A DNA stretch of 64,000 nt, from positions 225,246,001-225,310,000 of the forward strand of contig OZ024740.1 in the NCBI GenBank assembly GCA_964016885.1. The letters are read 5' to 3'. A program made the translations under genes and the position numbers. The DNA is from Eledone cirrhosa. Lineage: Eukaryota. The notes below the pieces were generated by a model. That model ran no database searches and was not told where the DNA came from. It worked only from the letters and a program-made list of their open reading frames with translations. Of the stretch, positions 1 through 12,775 are shown piece by piece. Numbering within the stretch: the first letter of the stretch is position 1; each line of letters begins with the position of its first letter.

Positions 1-2070
1 TCAGTCCTCTTGATTCCAAATGCTGTTTCCATAGACAGAATTTTTTCTCTAGCTTCTCTACTGATTCTGCTATAAGTACCAGATCGTCAGCATAGAGAAA
101 ATGCCATGGGCAACCAGTCTTAAATTCCTCTGTTATGACTTGGATAACTATATAATGAATAAGAGTGGTTTGTGGACCGAACCCTGATGCACTCCTGCTT
201 GTATCTGGAATTCCTCACTAAACTCCATTCCTACTCTCACTTTACCGACAGCACCTCCGTACATAGCTTGCACTGTCCTAACAAGCTATTCTTCTACACC
301 TAGTTTCCTTAGGGAGCACCAGATGACAGATCAGGGTATTCTATCAAAGGCCTTTTCTAATTCAACAAGGCTGAGAATAGTGGTTTATTCTTTCTAAGAA
401 CCTCTCTTGTAGTTGTCTCACTAAGAAGAGGGCATCTGTTGTACTTTTCCCAGGCACAAAACTAAACTGCATCTCATCTAATTTGACCCTTTCACTAATT
501 TGCGCTAGCATTCTTTCTGTCACTTTCATAACCTGATCCATCAGGTTTATGCCCCTATAATTGTTCCTCTCCAGAGTGTCCCATTTACCTTTGTAGCAAT
601 TTATAAGAATACTGCTACACCAGTCTTTGGGTATGATTCCCCCATATATGGCTTGATTGAAGATGAATGCAACCAGTTTAGTTCCTCCTTCTCCTGATGC
701 ACCTCAGCAACTATCTCCGATGGTCCAGTGGTTTTACCACTTTTCATTTCCTTAATTGGTTCTTTGACCCTATAGTCGTCAATCTCAATAGCTGGTCTCT
801 CTCTCAGTTCTACCAGGGGTAGTTTCTCTCTTTCCCATTCATTCTCACATTCAACAGTCTTTCATAATGATATTTCCAGGCCTCCTTTTTCTGAGTATCA
901 GTGACACTATGTGCACCAGCATCATTTCGAACACACTTATCTCCAACATCCTGATTTACACTGACACACTGCCTTGCAATGCAGAACACCACACATCTCT
1001 GATCTTCTTGTCGCAGAACATTTTCAAACCTCCTACTCTCAGCTTCCCTGCATGCTAAGTACACCTGATGTCTAGCCTCTCTTTTAGCGGCTGAGTATCG
1101 GTCTCTACTCCCCCATTTTTCTAACCCTTCCCTGCTTGTCTTTTGTCTTTAATAGCTCTATTTACCATGCTGTTCCACCACCAGTCACAATCTCTTCATA
1201 GCCTGCAGTAAGTTGTTACATATGAACTTTCAGTTATCATCTATGGCATACAATTCTAATTTGTCTTCTTTCTCGTCAAACACATCTTGAAGAGCTTTCC
1301 TAAATTTATACTTTAGTAAAAGGTATTTTATCTTCCAGACCTTCCTTTTCCAAACCTTCCTGTGTGTCTCATTCTGTCTCTTGCTTATTGAGATGTCACT
1401 AACGACTAACCTATGTTCCCTGGAGTATGCCTTAGTATTTGAAACCATGTGTCTGTTCTGTTGCCTAACTAGCAAGAACACAATCTGGTTTATGTGCTCA
1501 CCTGATTTGTAGGTTATTAAGTGGTTGGTAGGTTTCTTGAAGTTAGTGTTGCAAATGTTCACTTGCATCGCAAAATTCAAGAAGCCTCACTCCTTAGTTC
1601 CTTGAGACATAACCATGACCACCATGTACCTCAGTGTATCCATCCTGGAGCTGTCCAACATGACCAGTGAAGTCACCTGCTGGTATAACTAGGTCTCTGT
1701 CCTCTGTCATTGTGGTTGTCTCTAGAAGTTGCTCGTAAAAGCAGTCCTTCTCTTCTTTCCCTAGGCCCGCTTGGGTGGCATAGGTAGAGATGATTGTCAG
1801 CAGTTTATTGCCTACAACTAATCTAATCTTACTTATTCTATTATTTACTCTAACTAACTCCATTATCTTATTGATCCACCTCTTGGCCAGTAAAGTGCCT
1901 ACCCCACCTAGCCCATCATCATTTCCTACTCAGAGAAGCTTGTAGCTAAGCTGTTTGCCTGTGACTAGTCTTTATGAGGCACCTCTCAATCTCACCTCTT
2001 GCATGCAGTAACATATCCACATGTCTTCTCTCTAGCATCTCCACTATCTCACGAGATCTGCCTCACACAT
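1..2070 (-). mobile_element. Degraded RTE-clade LINE (APE endonuclease to N-terminal RT)
   Basis: ORF 1594-1863 has endonuclease motifs ISTYATQAG and AGDFTGHVG; ORF 1230-1580 has ITYKSGEHINQI. Bases 1-600 are homologous to the RT copy at 33717+ (DEMQF, DDLVL-like). Many frameshifts. Confidence 0.88.
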
Positions 2071-3700
2071 GGCCATACTAGCCACTCAGATACCTTGCGC
2101 ATGGTTAGTGTTATTGCTGTTTACGCAGTTATTGCAATATTTGTCTGTTGTGCTCATAATTTTTGGCATTAATATACTGGTTGTATGCCCTTCCTATCAC
2201 CAGCACCAATTTACAGCATGGATTGGGTGCTTGGGTGATTGGACTCAAGGGTCCTCTCTACCTGCACATGATTGCATGGTTTTGAGATGCATCATATACT
2301 TAGCCCTTCACTCAGGGATAGAATCCTTTTGTGATCACCTGAGGCAATAACTCCACGAACTTATTCTATTCTGTTCTTATTCTGGTTAAAATGAATTATT
2401 GCTAACATCTTTTTTGCATCTGCTACAAACAAACACGTTCATATTAGTCACAGCAATCCCACTGCACCACTTGTGTATTATTGGTTTACTTTGGATATAA
2501 TATATAGAATCCTCCTCAATAATTTTCTATAATCTGATGGTATCCACTTCCTAGATGACAGTAGAGTCCGGTAGTCATTCCTGCTAAATAAAATTTTGTT
2601 TTGACTAGATTTACATTGAGTAACTTTGATTCTTAGATTTTCATTACCAATTGCAATCTCTTTTTAAATTATTCATCAAATGAAACTATAAGAACTAGAT
2701 CATTGAAGTACAAGAATTCTTATGGATACTGGTTTTAAACTCATCTACATCAACCTAGAGAGCTATAATAGGAAAACAAAAGCTGAGAACAGCCTTTTAC
2801 TTATGAACTCTTACCTGCATGTTCAATTCCATTCTGAATTCATTGCTCACTCTTATTTTACAGACTACCTCTCTACATGATTTGCATAGATCTTGATCTT
2901 GTAACCAGTTATCATCACCAAGCATTTTTAAGTGAACACCAAACTACCTCTCAAAGACCTTGGTTCAGCAAATACTTAGTATGGTGGTTTGCCCTTAGCT
3001 TAGAACTTCTGTAGTTGGAAGAGGGTATTATTGGTACATCATCTTGCTGATAATTTAAAATGCATATCATCTAAATTAATGGTTTTTTTTATTTGTTTTG
3101 GTATGATTAGCTCTTTATTTCATAAGTTAGTCAATCACTTTAGTTGCCACTGTAGCTGCTACATTCTAAAGTATTTCTTTTCACCTATAGTTTTTGATGA
3201 TAAAATCGCTATTCTAATTAATGAGTATGGCACCTTTCTGTACTATATCCAGCTGTGTGTAGATGTTTGGTGATGCTTGCAGTCAACACATTGAACTTCA
3301 AGTTAATAAATGTCTCAGCTTTTTGATCTTTGCAGAAAACTGGGTAAAGATTTTAGATGAGGTCTTGAGAAATTTAAGTGGGTATTGTGCTCAGTAGCTG
3401 TGTTGAATCAAGAAAATTGCATAATTCTTTGGTTGAATACACCCACTACCTGCAATGATTTAGCTGCTAGGAAGAGGTGGAGGCATCGCTCCTTCTCTGC
3501 ATAGCTCTGACTACCTCCAACTATTAGATAACTATAGAAACAGCAATAATAAAAAAAAGAAAAGAAAAAAGAATAGGGAAATATAGAAAAAAGAGAAAAA
3601 GAAAGAAGAAAAAGAACATGAATGGGAGGGGATGGTAAGAGATCTGGTGTTGCAGAAGAGAGGTGAGGGGTGAATGGGGGAGGGTGGTAGGGATTTGAGT

Positions 3701-3905
3701 CTAGGGCAAGGGGGCAGAAGTGCTGCACCCTGCAGACAAGATGGCAAAAGCATTCCTGTGGACAATAGCCAGTGAGACCCACTGCAACAGCCACCCAACC
3801 TCATGGGGCTCCTTCCCTAGACGGGCTGCTGATGTTCTAATCTTGCGGAGGAGCTCGGCAATAGAGGGACCAATTATGCCTGAGGTCTCGACGGCGACTG
3901 ATCTC
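3701..3905 (-). mobile_element. C-terminal RLE fragment of a CRE-like non-LTR retrotransposon
   Basis: AVETSGIIGP...LLQWVSLAIVHRNA resembles the AVETLG..GP...QRISLAIQRGNA end of CRE-clade proteins. Confidence 0.7.
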
Positions 3906-4838
3906 AAATTTGTGTATCAGTTAAATATTCTTACAATGTCTGTGTGTATCAACTGATCAATGTAACCACAGCCTTGTATTTTATCAGAAAATATTTAACA
4001 CTGCTTTCGGTGTCAGCTCGCCTGCAATATCACTTTCTGTATCAAATATGGCATTATCAATATCCTTGTCAGTTTGCTAGAGTTATCATTGCATTTTGTG
4101 TCAACAAGACAGTGTTGCTTTATATCTCTGTAGCATATAGAGTGGGTTACCATAACTCATTATTTTAGCACTCCAATATGGAAAATATGATGGATATAAA
4201 TGAAACCAGTGAACTGATTTTATTAAAGTTATGCTTTCACAACACACATACTCATCAATCATTTACGCATTGAAACAGAGACACTCAAACACATACACAC
4301 ACACCCATATAATAATACACACACAAACACATATATATATTGAAACACGCACATTTGAACAAATTCTCCTAGTAATTTATAGTTTTTAATTTCACAGCAG
4401 ATTCACCTCAAGAAAAGTGCTAAAATAAACAAACAAATAAATAAACTTTAAAAAATAAATAAAAATGAAAATTAAATTTAAAGAAAAATGGAAGAAAAAT
4501 GTCAAGTCTGGAGTAAATCTTTAATCGGATAAATAAATCATTACAGAAAATGTTTGACAGACAAGACATGAAACCAAACTAAAATGTTTCGCCTTCCTCA
4601 TCACCTTCATGGCATTTTCCTTATGGCTTTGCTTTTATACACGTTCACAGAAATCTTTGTATTTTCTATATTTTATCACACGCATATACATACATGTGTG
4701 TGGGTGCGTGTGTGTGTGTATGTGTGTGTGTATATACACTTATGAATATGGTAGGTTTTAATGAGTGCAGAGATACTGTGCCAGAAAACATTTCCAACCC
4801 ATGCAACCATGGATATATTAGCATAACATTATATATAT

Positions 4839-4902
<64 letters not shown>

Positions 4903-4904
4903 AC

Positions 4905-4960
<56 letters not shown>

Positions 4961-4962
<2 letters not shown>

Positions 4963-5484
4963 AGTAAGTATGTTTTGAAACAGTGAGCAGGTTTGAAATT
5001 AGAAAGTAGATTAGCTTTCACTGTATTTTTGACTAAAGAAATTTTAGCCTGATAATGGGGTTTAGAACCCTCAGATAAATGGAAAAGAACAGTGGTCTGG
5101 ATAACCAAAGATGTGGGTTCGACTCCCATGTACGTCAATACTCATCTTTTTCCATTTATCTGAGGGTTCTAAACCCCATTATCAGGCTAAAATTTATTTA
5201 GTCAAACATACGGTGAAAGCTAATCTATTTTCTAATTTCAAACCTGCTCACTGTTTCAAAACATACTTACTTGTCATTTATACGCGCTAAGAATGTAACT
5301 TCTAATTTGAATGGAAGGAAATCGGTGATGTGTTGGTGTAATGGTAGCACAGTGGTCTGGATAACCAAAGATGTCGGTTGGACTCCCATGTACGTCAATA
5401 TTCATCTTTTTCCATTTATTTGAGGGTTCTAAACCCCATTATCAGTCTAAAATTTATTTAGTCAAAAATTCGGTGAAAGCTAAT
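4961..5484 (+). mobile_element. (TA)n-flanked non-autonomous element: about 1.5 tandem 260-bp units with an inverted 5' arm
   Basis: 4961-5087 is the reverse complement of 5146-5273; 5089-5224 repeats directly at 5349-5484; TA tracts on both sides. Confidence 0.85.
5327..5397 (+). tRNA. tRNA-like cloverleaf (anticodon loop CT-GGA-TA); probably a Pol III head of the repeat rather than a functional tRNA
   Basis: Folds as GATGTGT-TG-GTGT AATGGTA GCAC-A-GTGGT CTGGATA ACCAA-AGAT-T arm-GTACGTC-A. The T arm is intact (GTGGG TTCGACT CCCAT) in the partial copy at 5089-5137. Confidence 0.6.
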
Positions 5485-5534
5485 ATATATACATACACAT
5501 GATCCCACACATATACTATATATATATATATATA

Positions 5535-5782
5535 CTAGCAGATTTACCCAGCGTTGCCCGGGGTTTGGAATTATACTAAGATCATTTTGCTATCGATTTT
5601 TTATTGCTCAACGTGAGCCGATTTGAAATATGTTTGTGATGTGACCATCTTAGCGACAGGTGCAACGTGCACAGAAAATTTGGTCAAATTCGGTTCGTAA
5701 TAGTAAAACACTAAGCTGTCCAAAGTTGTCCACAGACACACACACACATCCTCGCTTTTATATATATATAGAAGATAGAAGA
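5535..5782 (-). mobile_element. Non-autonomous Helitron
   Basis: Minus-strand 3' end CCCGGGCAACGCTGGG hairpin...CTAG next to (TA)n; 5' end TCTATCTTCTATATATATAAAAGC followed by (TG)n. Confidence 0.75.
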
Positions 5783-5899
5783 TATATGTCTGAATATAGC
5801 TGACAAAACATACGCAGGCTTTCTCCTGTAATGTTTTTTTCATTTGTTTCTGTTCTTACTCTCATTTATATTATATTTCCTTTTCTATCACTCATTTTA

Positions 5900-5936
5900 T
5901 CTTTTGATGAAGGACTAATGTCCGAAACGTTAACAG
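5900..5936 (+). ncRNA. Degenerate minimal hammerhead motif (PLE 3' terminal-repeat remnant)
   Basis: TTGATGA-A-GGAC TAAT GTCC-GAAA-CG-TT; C3 is mutated and stem I is poor. Confidence 0.5.
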
Positions 5937-7342
5937 TCTTTTTCTGCTAAGTGTTAAACGGAAATATACCATCATTGTACTGTTTTGTTCTCCTGCATCG
6001 TTTTTTCTTTGTTATATATATAACCTACATGTGCCCATATGAAATCAATATGTTATTGTCCTTCTTCACTAAAGAATGTTTACTTCGTTTTGTACCAGCA
6101 AAAATTAAGGTAATATTCATTGGAAACGTGGTGTCTAAGAAATTCTTATGAATGTTATTGTTATTTTTATCAGTGTGATAAGTTGATCCTATGGAGACAC
6201 TAAAGAAATAAGAAAAATTGCCGGTTAATAAAGAGAGCTTTTCTCAGACTGGGAGGCTAGCTAGAAAATATATATTATCAAAATCACCAACAGCCAGGAT
6301 TATTTTTTTCATTTTTGAGAAACAGTGGTATTTTTGGCACTTGACTGTGGGAGGGAATGAATCAATAATTATGTATAATATGTATGTATATATGTAACGT
6401 ATATTAGCACATAGCTATAACCAGCTGAGTTATATACATATTTATCATGTGTATATATATATATATATATATTTATATCTGTGTGTATAATATATCATCA
6501 TATCATCATCATCATATTTTAACGTTCCTACACTCTAAAGGCAAGGGTGGTTTGGGTCAAAATAGTCTAAGACGGTATTTAATCAGAGCTACTAACTTTA
6601 CAAACAAGCCAGGGTTGTGAATCTCACCTATGTACTTTCTCACTCCATATATAGTGCACCAATCACATTTTATTATGGTGCCAGCTAGCAAGTTTGTCAT
6701 GTTTTTCACATGACGGAAGAGTCCACTCAACACTTTCTTAAGCAAAAACATTGGCTGAATGATGAAGGAGTTCACATCATAATTGTTATATTTTAGGCTT
6801 AATGACACATTGTGGCAATGTTAGACATATGCCTTTTACAAGCTATTTGAGGGAAATTGCTTTGATCAAGTCTATTTGAAAGCCCTATGGATGGAATATA
6901 CCAGTATTTCCAAAACACAGACTTGTCACAGAATTTTTCATCCTGAATTCTCAAGAGAATTATATTAAAGTGCACATGCCTGTGGAATGCATAGCTATTT
7001 GTATGTTAATTTCACCAGGGGGTGATTCCATTTGTTGAAAAACTAGAATACTATCAAAATAGACTTGAAATAGAAATAGAAAATCTTCTTTTTTGAATAT
7101 TCTAATAATGGCGCATACAAATCCACTGAAGAGAAAATCATGGGTATCAGCACACAGTGAAGGTTCTAATTCTATTTCAATATATATTTCTTTGAGGTCC
7201 CTCGTTTCTGAGGATGAGAATATCCCTTATTTATTTATATATATATATATATATGTGTGTGTAGGAGGTGAGTAATATTGTAGAACAATAAAACTATGCA
7301 TATATCAGATAAGTAGCACTCATCAGTTGGTAGAACTGGAGT

Positions 7343-7607
7343 ATATATAAAGAAGAAATTAAAAGAGGGTTAAAAAGTTCCATATATTTTATTATGCGCA
7401 TTTCAAAAACATTATCCTGGGACAAAAATTGTGTTCTCATCAGATAAAATAAGGTAAAATTCATAAGTGATTTTAGGCCTCATATCATGTTACATTATTT
7501 TATCTGATGGGAACACAATTTTTGTCCCAAGATGATGTTGTTTTCGAAATGTGCATAATAAAATATATGGAATTTTTTTAACCATCTTTTAATTGTTTCT
7601 TTATATA
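7343..7607. repeat. Fold-back element with about 110-bp inverted arms, each carrying a hammerhead motif
   Basis: 7343-7451 is inverted relative to 7496-7607, with a 44-bp spacer; TA-flanked. Confidence 0.85.
7385..7451 (-). ncRNA. Type I hammerhead ribozyme motif
   Basis: Minus strand: TATTTTAT-CTGATGA-[stem II]-GAAA-TGCGCA-TA-ATAAAATA, giving an 8-bp stem I and a palindromic stem III. A mutated mirror copy lies at 7496-7565 (+). Confidence 0.8.
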
Positions 7608-7703
7608 TATATATATAAACGGCTTCTATATTAGATATTTCTATATTAAATATTTATACTCTGCTATGTATTGAGTACATTACCCCCCGATTGAACCTGG
7701 GAC

Positions 7704-7753
<50 letters not shown>

Positions 7754-8178
7754 CTGTATTTGGGGTTTACAATGTATATATATGTATATATCATCATCAG
7801 TATTTAATGCCAGATTTCCCTGCTAGCAATGGTTGGACATAGGCCAGATCAGTACTGAAGCAGGGCTGCTGACCTCCCGAGGTGTCTATATCCCGCTTAC
7901 ATTTGGTTATATCGAGCGCAGTGAAGTTGTTGTCATGTCCGCACATGATATTTATATAGATGAAGATACATTGTTCAATCAGTATATTTTATAAATTGGT
8001 TGGCATTAGAAAACATTAAAAAATGGAACATACAATTTAGACAGTATTATCAAACCTGTCCCGTCACAAACCATGGCAACCCATCCAACACATGCTAGTA
8101 TGGAAACTGGATGTAACATGTAATGGTTGCATTCTTTAAGGGTATGTCAATATTTATTTATAAAACTGATCTATATTA

Positions 8179-8243
8179 TATTTTATCTGATGAAAGCACA
8201 CCATAATTTAACTTGGTGTCCTTGAAATATGTATAATGAAATA
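8179..8243 (+). ncRNA. Type I hammerhead ribozyme motif
   Basis: TATTTTAT-CTGATGA-AAGCACACCA..TTGGTGTCCTT-GAAA-TATGTA-TA-ATGAAATA. Confidence 0.78.
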
Positions 8244-9489
8244 AATATGGTTTTATATATATAGTTTCCATTTGTTAATATCGTATATATACATATATAT
8301 ATATATATATGTTTATGTTTGTGTGTGTATATATAATATATATACACATATATCTATATATTTACACACATATAACATATAAATATACATATATATACAT
8401 ATATAGCTATATATGTACATATAGATCATCATCAACATCATTTTACATTCACTTAGCACACTTCTATAGCTATATATCAAACATAATGAGAGTGAGAAAG
8501 GAGGGAGTGGGTAGAAGTGATAGATAGATATCCATATATATAAATGCACATCCTAATTTTTTTTCCATATAAGAGATGAGATTATACTGCAGGTGGCACC
8601 TCCTTAATATATGTTGCGATCTCAACAATAGCATGGACCTGTGTGGATAATAAGCCCTAAAGAATGAACTAGTGGAGAATCAAGGCAAAGAAAAAAATCA
8701 ACAACAAATATCACACTAAGAAATATAACAAAAAATGTACATAGAAGACAAAATAACTATCCCAGAACAATAAAGAAAAATGTAGGATAGGAAGTAGAGA
8801 AAGAGATAAATTCTCAAACTAACAAACAATGGTGTGGAACTTGGGGACTTCTACTGCAGAACTAGAAGAAGAAAAAATCAATGATAAGGAGGAAGTATGT
8901 GTGTAGCACTAACACAATGTCTTTAAATGGATATGTGAAATATAATGGTAGCAATACACTGCAATAGGATTGCATGAACGGTGAAGAGTGACAGTTTAAA
9001 AAAACAGGTGGTGGGGAAGAAAAGAGTGATGCATATGGATATATATATATATATATATATATTGTATAAATAAAATATCTGATATATATACATATATATT
9101 TGTGTGCATATTTGTATATATGTATGTGTTTTCTGTGTTGTATATTAGTATATATTGAAAGAAATATGCAAAATACAAAATAAAAAAAAAAATAGTGGGC
9201 ATTCTAATGAGAGGGATGAGGAGAAAAAATGTCACCTACATAGTCACTTGCAATTTTGCTCCTGCATATTTTCTGCCTGTCCACTGGGGTAATTTCCCAC
9301 GTATTAACATATTAACGGATGACAAAAATTTATTAAAAATGATAAATTGATAAATAGAGGATATGTCAGTTATGATAAAATGTGCTGCAGATTAGTTTGG
9401 TATTATGTAGGGGCAGATATGTGTGTGTTTAAGAGTGTATGTGTGTACATGTTTGTGTGTGCATGTGTACTTTATATATATATATATAC

Positions 9490-9555
<66 letters not shown>

Positions 9556-9901
9556 TTGTATGTATGTATGTATGTATGTATGTATGTATATAAATATGTG
9601 TGAATATATGTGTGTGTATATATATATGTGTGTGTATGTATATGTGTGTGTGTGTATATACTTTTGCTATCATATATTTATTTAATTTTTACTTATCTGT
9701 GTATCTGTGCATATGTAAAAATGCATATGTATGTGCACTGGAAAAAATATTTATATGAGAATATATATTTGTATATGATGTCATCATCATCATTATCATC
9801 AGCATCAACTTTTAACATCTGATATCTCTCTCTCTATATATATATATATATATCATCATCTTCATTTAACGTCCATCTTCTACACTAGCATATATATATA
9901 C

Positions 9902-9932
<31 letters not shown>

Positions 9933-9939
9933 TATACAT

Positions 9940-10445
9940 CCTCATCATCACCATTTTACATCCGTTCTTCCACGCTAGCATGGGTTAGACGGGTTGTCCT
10001 GTCGGCTGACCTTGTCTTACTCATACGGGAACTGCCTCTGGCTTGATTTCTACAGCTGGATGCCCTTCCTAACACCAACCTCATTTACAATGAGTGCTGG
10101 GTGCTTTTTTTCCGTGGCGCCTACACGTCCACTTTACAGAGTGGGCTGGGTGCTTTTTTCCGTGGCGCCTACACGTCCACTTTTCAGTGGGAGCTTGTGG
10201 GAGCATATTGTCTATATGCTTCAGCTTCGGCTTGTACCCATGGAGGTCGGGTCTTCTGTATTACTGTGTGACGCCAGATGTCACGGTCATGTATCATCGC
10301 CTTTGAGTTGTGTAATTGGGTATGGCCGGCTTTTATCACCTCATTCCAGGTCTTCTTGGGTCTCCCCACTCTGCGGTTTCCATTGACTTCTAGTGCTCTG
10401 CACCTTTTTATGCAGCTGTCATCCTTCATACGCATCACATGTCCA
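9940..10445 (-). mobile_element. RTE LINE 3' end (RT C-terminus, 3'UTR, (GAT)n tail)
   Basis: GHVMRMKDDSCIKRC...GRPKKTW; same family as 33717-35510. Confidence 0.9.
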
Positions 10446-10559
10446 ATGTGTGTGTGTGTACGTATGCATGTATACACTCTAGGTATTTTGAATAGGTAAT
10501 GAGAAAATTTCATGAGATACATTATTTATTTTTATAAGCTTATAAAACTTTGTCTCCTT

Positions 10560-10940
10560 CAAAGTAATGATGGCTCACATCTACACACTTATACAGGCAT
10601 ATTCATCATTCCTGGAAGCCCCTACTCTCAGTTCCTCTGCAGTTTCATCAGGAAATTTGCTGATGCTTCCTTCAGCTTGTGAGTTGAATCTGATTTCTCT
10701 GAGGCTGTTTTTCATGCGTGGGAAAGGACGAAGTACAAGGAGCCAGGTCAAGGCTTGACGGGGTGTTTTACCACTTTCATTCCCTTGTGGTCATCCAGTT
10801 GTCACCAGCATTGACTTGTGGCATGGGGCATTGTCCATGGTAGAACCATCATCCTCCACCTCTCTAGTGGTGCTGCCTCTACCTCCCCATCCTCTTTCTG
10901 AACCCTTTCAAAACTTCAAGTTAATACTTCTTAGCCCTCA
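10560..10940 (-). mobile_element. Mariner/Tc1 transposase C-terminal remnant
   Basis: Minus strand gives DNAPCHKS and PSSLDLAPC..FP, matching degenerate mariner HDNA and YSPDLAPCD motifs. Confidence 0.65.
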
Positions 10941-11569
10941 GAAACATATTCAATGTGGATTAAATAGGAGATGAAAAAATGAATGACCAGGGCCTTCTCT
11001 TTTAACCTGCTTATCTTTACATTCTTAGAACATGTCCTTCCATAGTTCTATCTATCTTTCCATATACTATTATGATTATATTTATTTCCCTGTTTATTAG
11101 AGGTTTATTATAGGTTAATTTGAGATACTACCCATTTTAATTATTTAATAATCATTATGTCTGCTTATTATCTTAAGATGTGTTTTCTGATTCTTTTCTT
11201 TACTCATTAACTTCCTATTATTAACAAAGAGTTTTGTCCATACCTTTTTCTTCTAATATTATATGGTAGTTAATTATCTAATAAATATTAATTTAAGAAC
11301 ATGCATGCTCATTAATTAAAGCGATTTATTTCATGATTGATCTTTTTTATTTATTAACTTCCTTATCATTATTAACAAATAATTTTCATTATACTCTATT
11401 CCTTTAACAATAGACAATAGTTAAAAAATATAAATTCTCAATGTATTTCTTTCCTCATATATTACATTTTTATTTAAATAGTTTCCCTCATTTAATAGTT
11501 TAATAATCATTTACTCAATAATATTATGATACATTAACTTAAGAACTTTTACGTGATTATTATTTCCTA

Positions 11570-11876
11570 TCCCGCCGAGGTTGACTTTGCCTTTCATCCT
11601 TACGGGGTCGATAAAATAAAGTACCAGTAATGCACTGGGTATTTGCTGGCCTTGTGCCTAAAGTAGAAACAATTATTTCCTAGGGCGGTGGATTGGCAGT
11701 ATTGGTAGAGGGTCAGGCGCCATGCTTTGAAGCATAGAGTTACCTCCCTTTATGATCTGAGTTCAAATCCCGCCGAGGTTAACTTTGCCTTTCATCCTTA
11801 CGGGGTCGATAAAATAAAGTACCAGTAATGCACTGGGATAATTGCTGACCTGGTGCCAAAAGTAGAAACAATTATT
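11570..11876 (+). mobile_element. Two tandem copies of tRNA-derived SINE family A (first copy 5'-truncated)
   Basis: A-box GGATTGGCAGTATTGG, B-box GAGTTCAAATCC, tail GTAGAAACAATTATT; ATTATTTCCTA is repeated three times as the TSD. Confidence 0.9.
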
Positions 11877-12502
11877 ATTTCCTATTTGTTTAACATAAAG
11901 ATATCAACCATAGAATTTAATTCTAGTACATTCTCAATAGATCGAGAATGCACTCCTTTTTCACACAAACATGGTCAATAACTTTTCCCTCTCACCTACC
12001 ACCCTTAGATTAACCTCTCTTGCTACTTTTTAATTTATCTTTTCCCAGTTTCTGTAAAACAAAATTTCCCAAAAAGTACTTGAGCTATGCTGGATAATAT
12101 TCCTTTAAATAAAATTTAATAAAAATTTATCATAACTTTTTTAATAAATTATTTTTCCCTCTAAAATAATTTTTGATTCCTTTAACATCTTACGAAAATT
12201 AAGGTAGGAGAGAATGTCCATATAATATAGATATAGGTTCCACCATTTTGGAGAAATTGCATTAGGGTTTCATGATAAAATATGATTAGAAGCCACTGTC
12301 TTAAGATTAAGAATGTTTTTTCCTCCATTGTCCTAAACCTATAAAAGTCTAAGTTGAGTAAATTTGTCACTCATTTATTAACTTAGGACATTTGATATTG
12401 TTTCGTTTAATCATGACAGTTACTATTGATTTAATTATTTAATGATTATTCACTTAAGAATGTTATTTCCAATTCAATTGATTCATTCTTTAGTAACAAG
12501 TG

Positions 12503-12775
12503 TGGAGCTGTATGGTCTAGTGGTAAGAGTGTTTAACTTATGATCATAACGTCATGAGTTTCATTCCTGGGCTGGGTTGTGGGTTGTGTTCTTAAGCAAA
12601 ACACTTCCTTTCACATTGCTCCAGTATATTCATCTGAAAATGGATGAGGGGTTAACCCTGTGATGGACTGGTGTTGTGTCGAGTAGGGAGTCTTGTATTC
12701 TCACTCACTTCATGCCATGAAACTGGGATAAGCACCAGCCTGGTGAGCCTCCTGGCTTGAGAGACTTGGACTTTA
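12503..12775 (+). mobile_element. Old tRNA-derived SINE with CORE/V-like central domain
   Basis: Head TGGTCTAGTGGTAAG; TTGTGTTCTTAAGCAAAACACTT; AACCCTGTGATGGACTGG...GAAACTGGGATAAGC. Confidence 0.65.

Noticed and set aside
2810-3250. Possible minus-strand exon (CAG|GTAAG at about 2815) or old DNA-transposase C-terminus
   Set aside because: Stops upstream and only faint similarity (EVVCKIRVSNE); cannot be supported.
4694-5138. YI/CV/HT-rich ORFs here and throughout (e.g. 9347-9822, 31152-33039, 51794-52330, 59695-60321)
   Set aside because: Translations of (TA)n, (CA)n and (TATG)n microsatellites and low-complexity repeats.
5327-5397. Functional tRNA-Ser(GGA) gene
   Set aside because: No long variable arm, wobble-rich acceptor stem, mutated T-loop in the full copy, and embedded in a repeat.
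7300-7330. Isolated CTGATGA motifs (7318-7326 minus, 38573-38579 minus, about 61470 plus)
   Set aside because: No correctly placed GAAA, stem III or stem I; not called as ribozymes.
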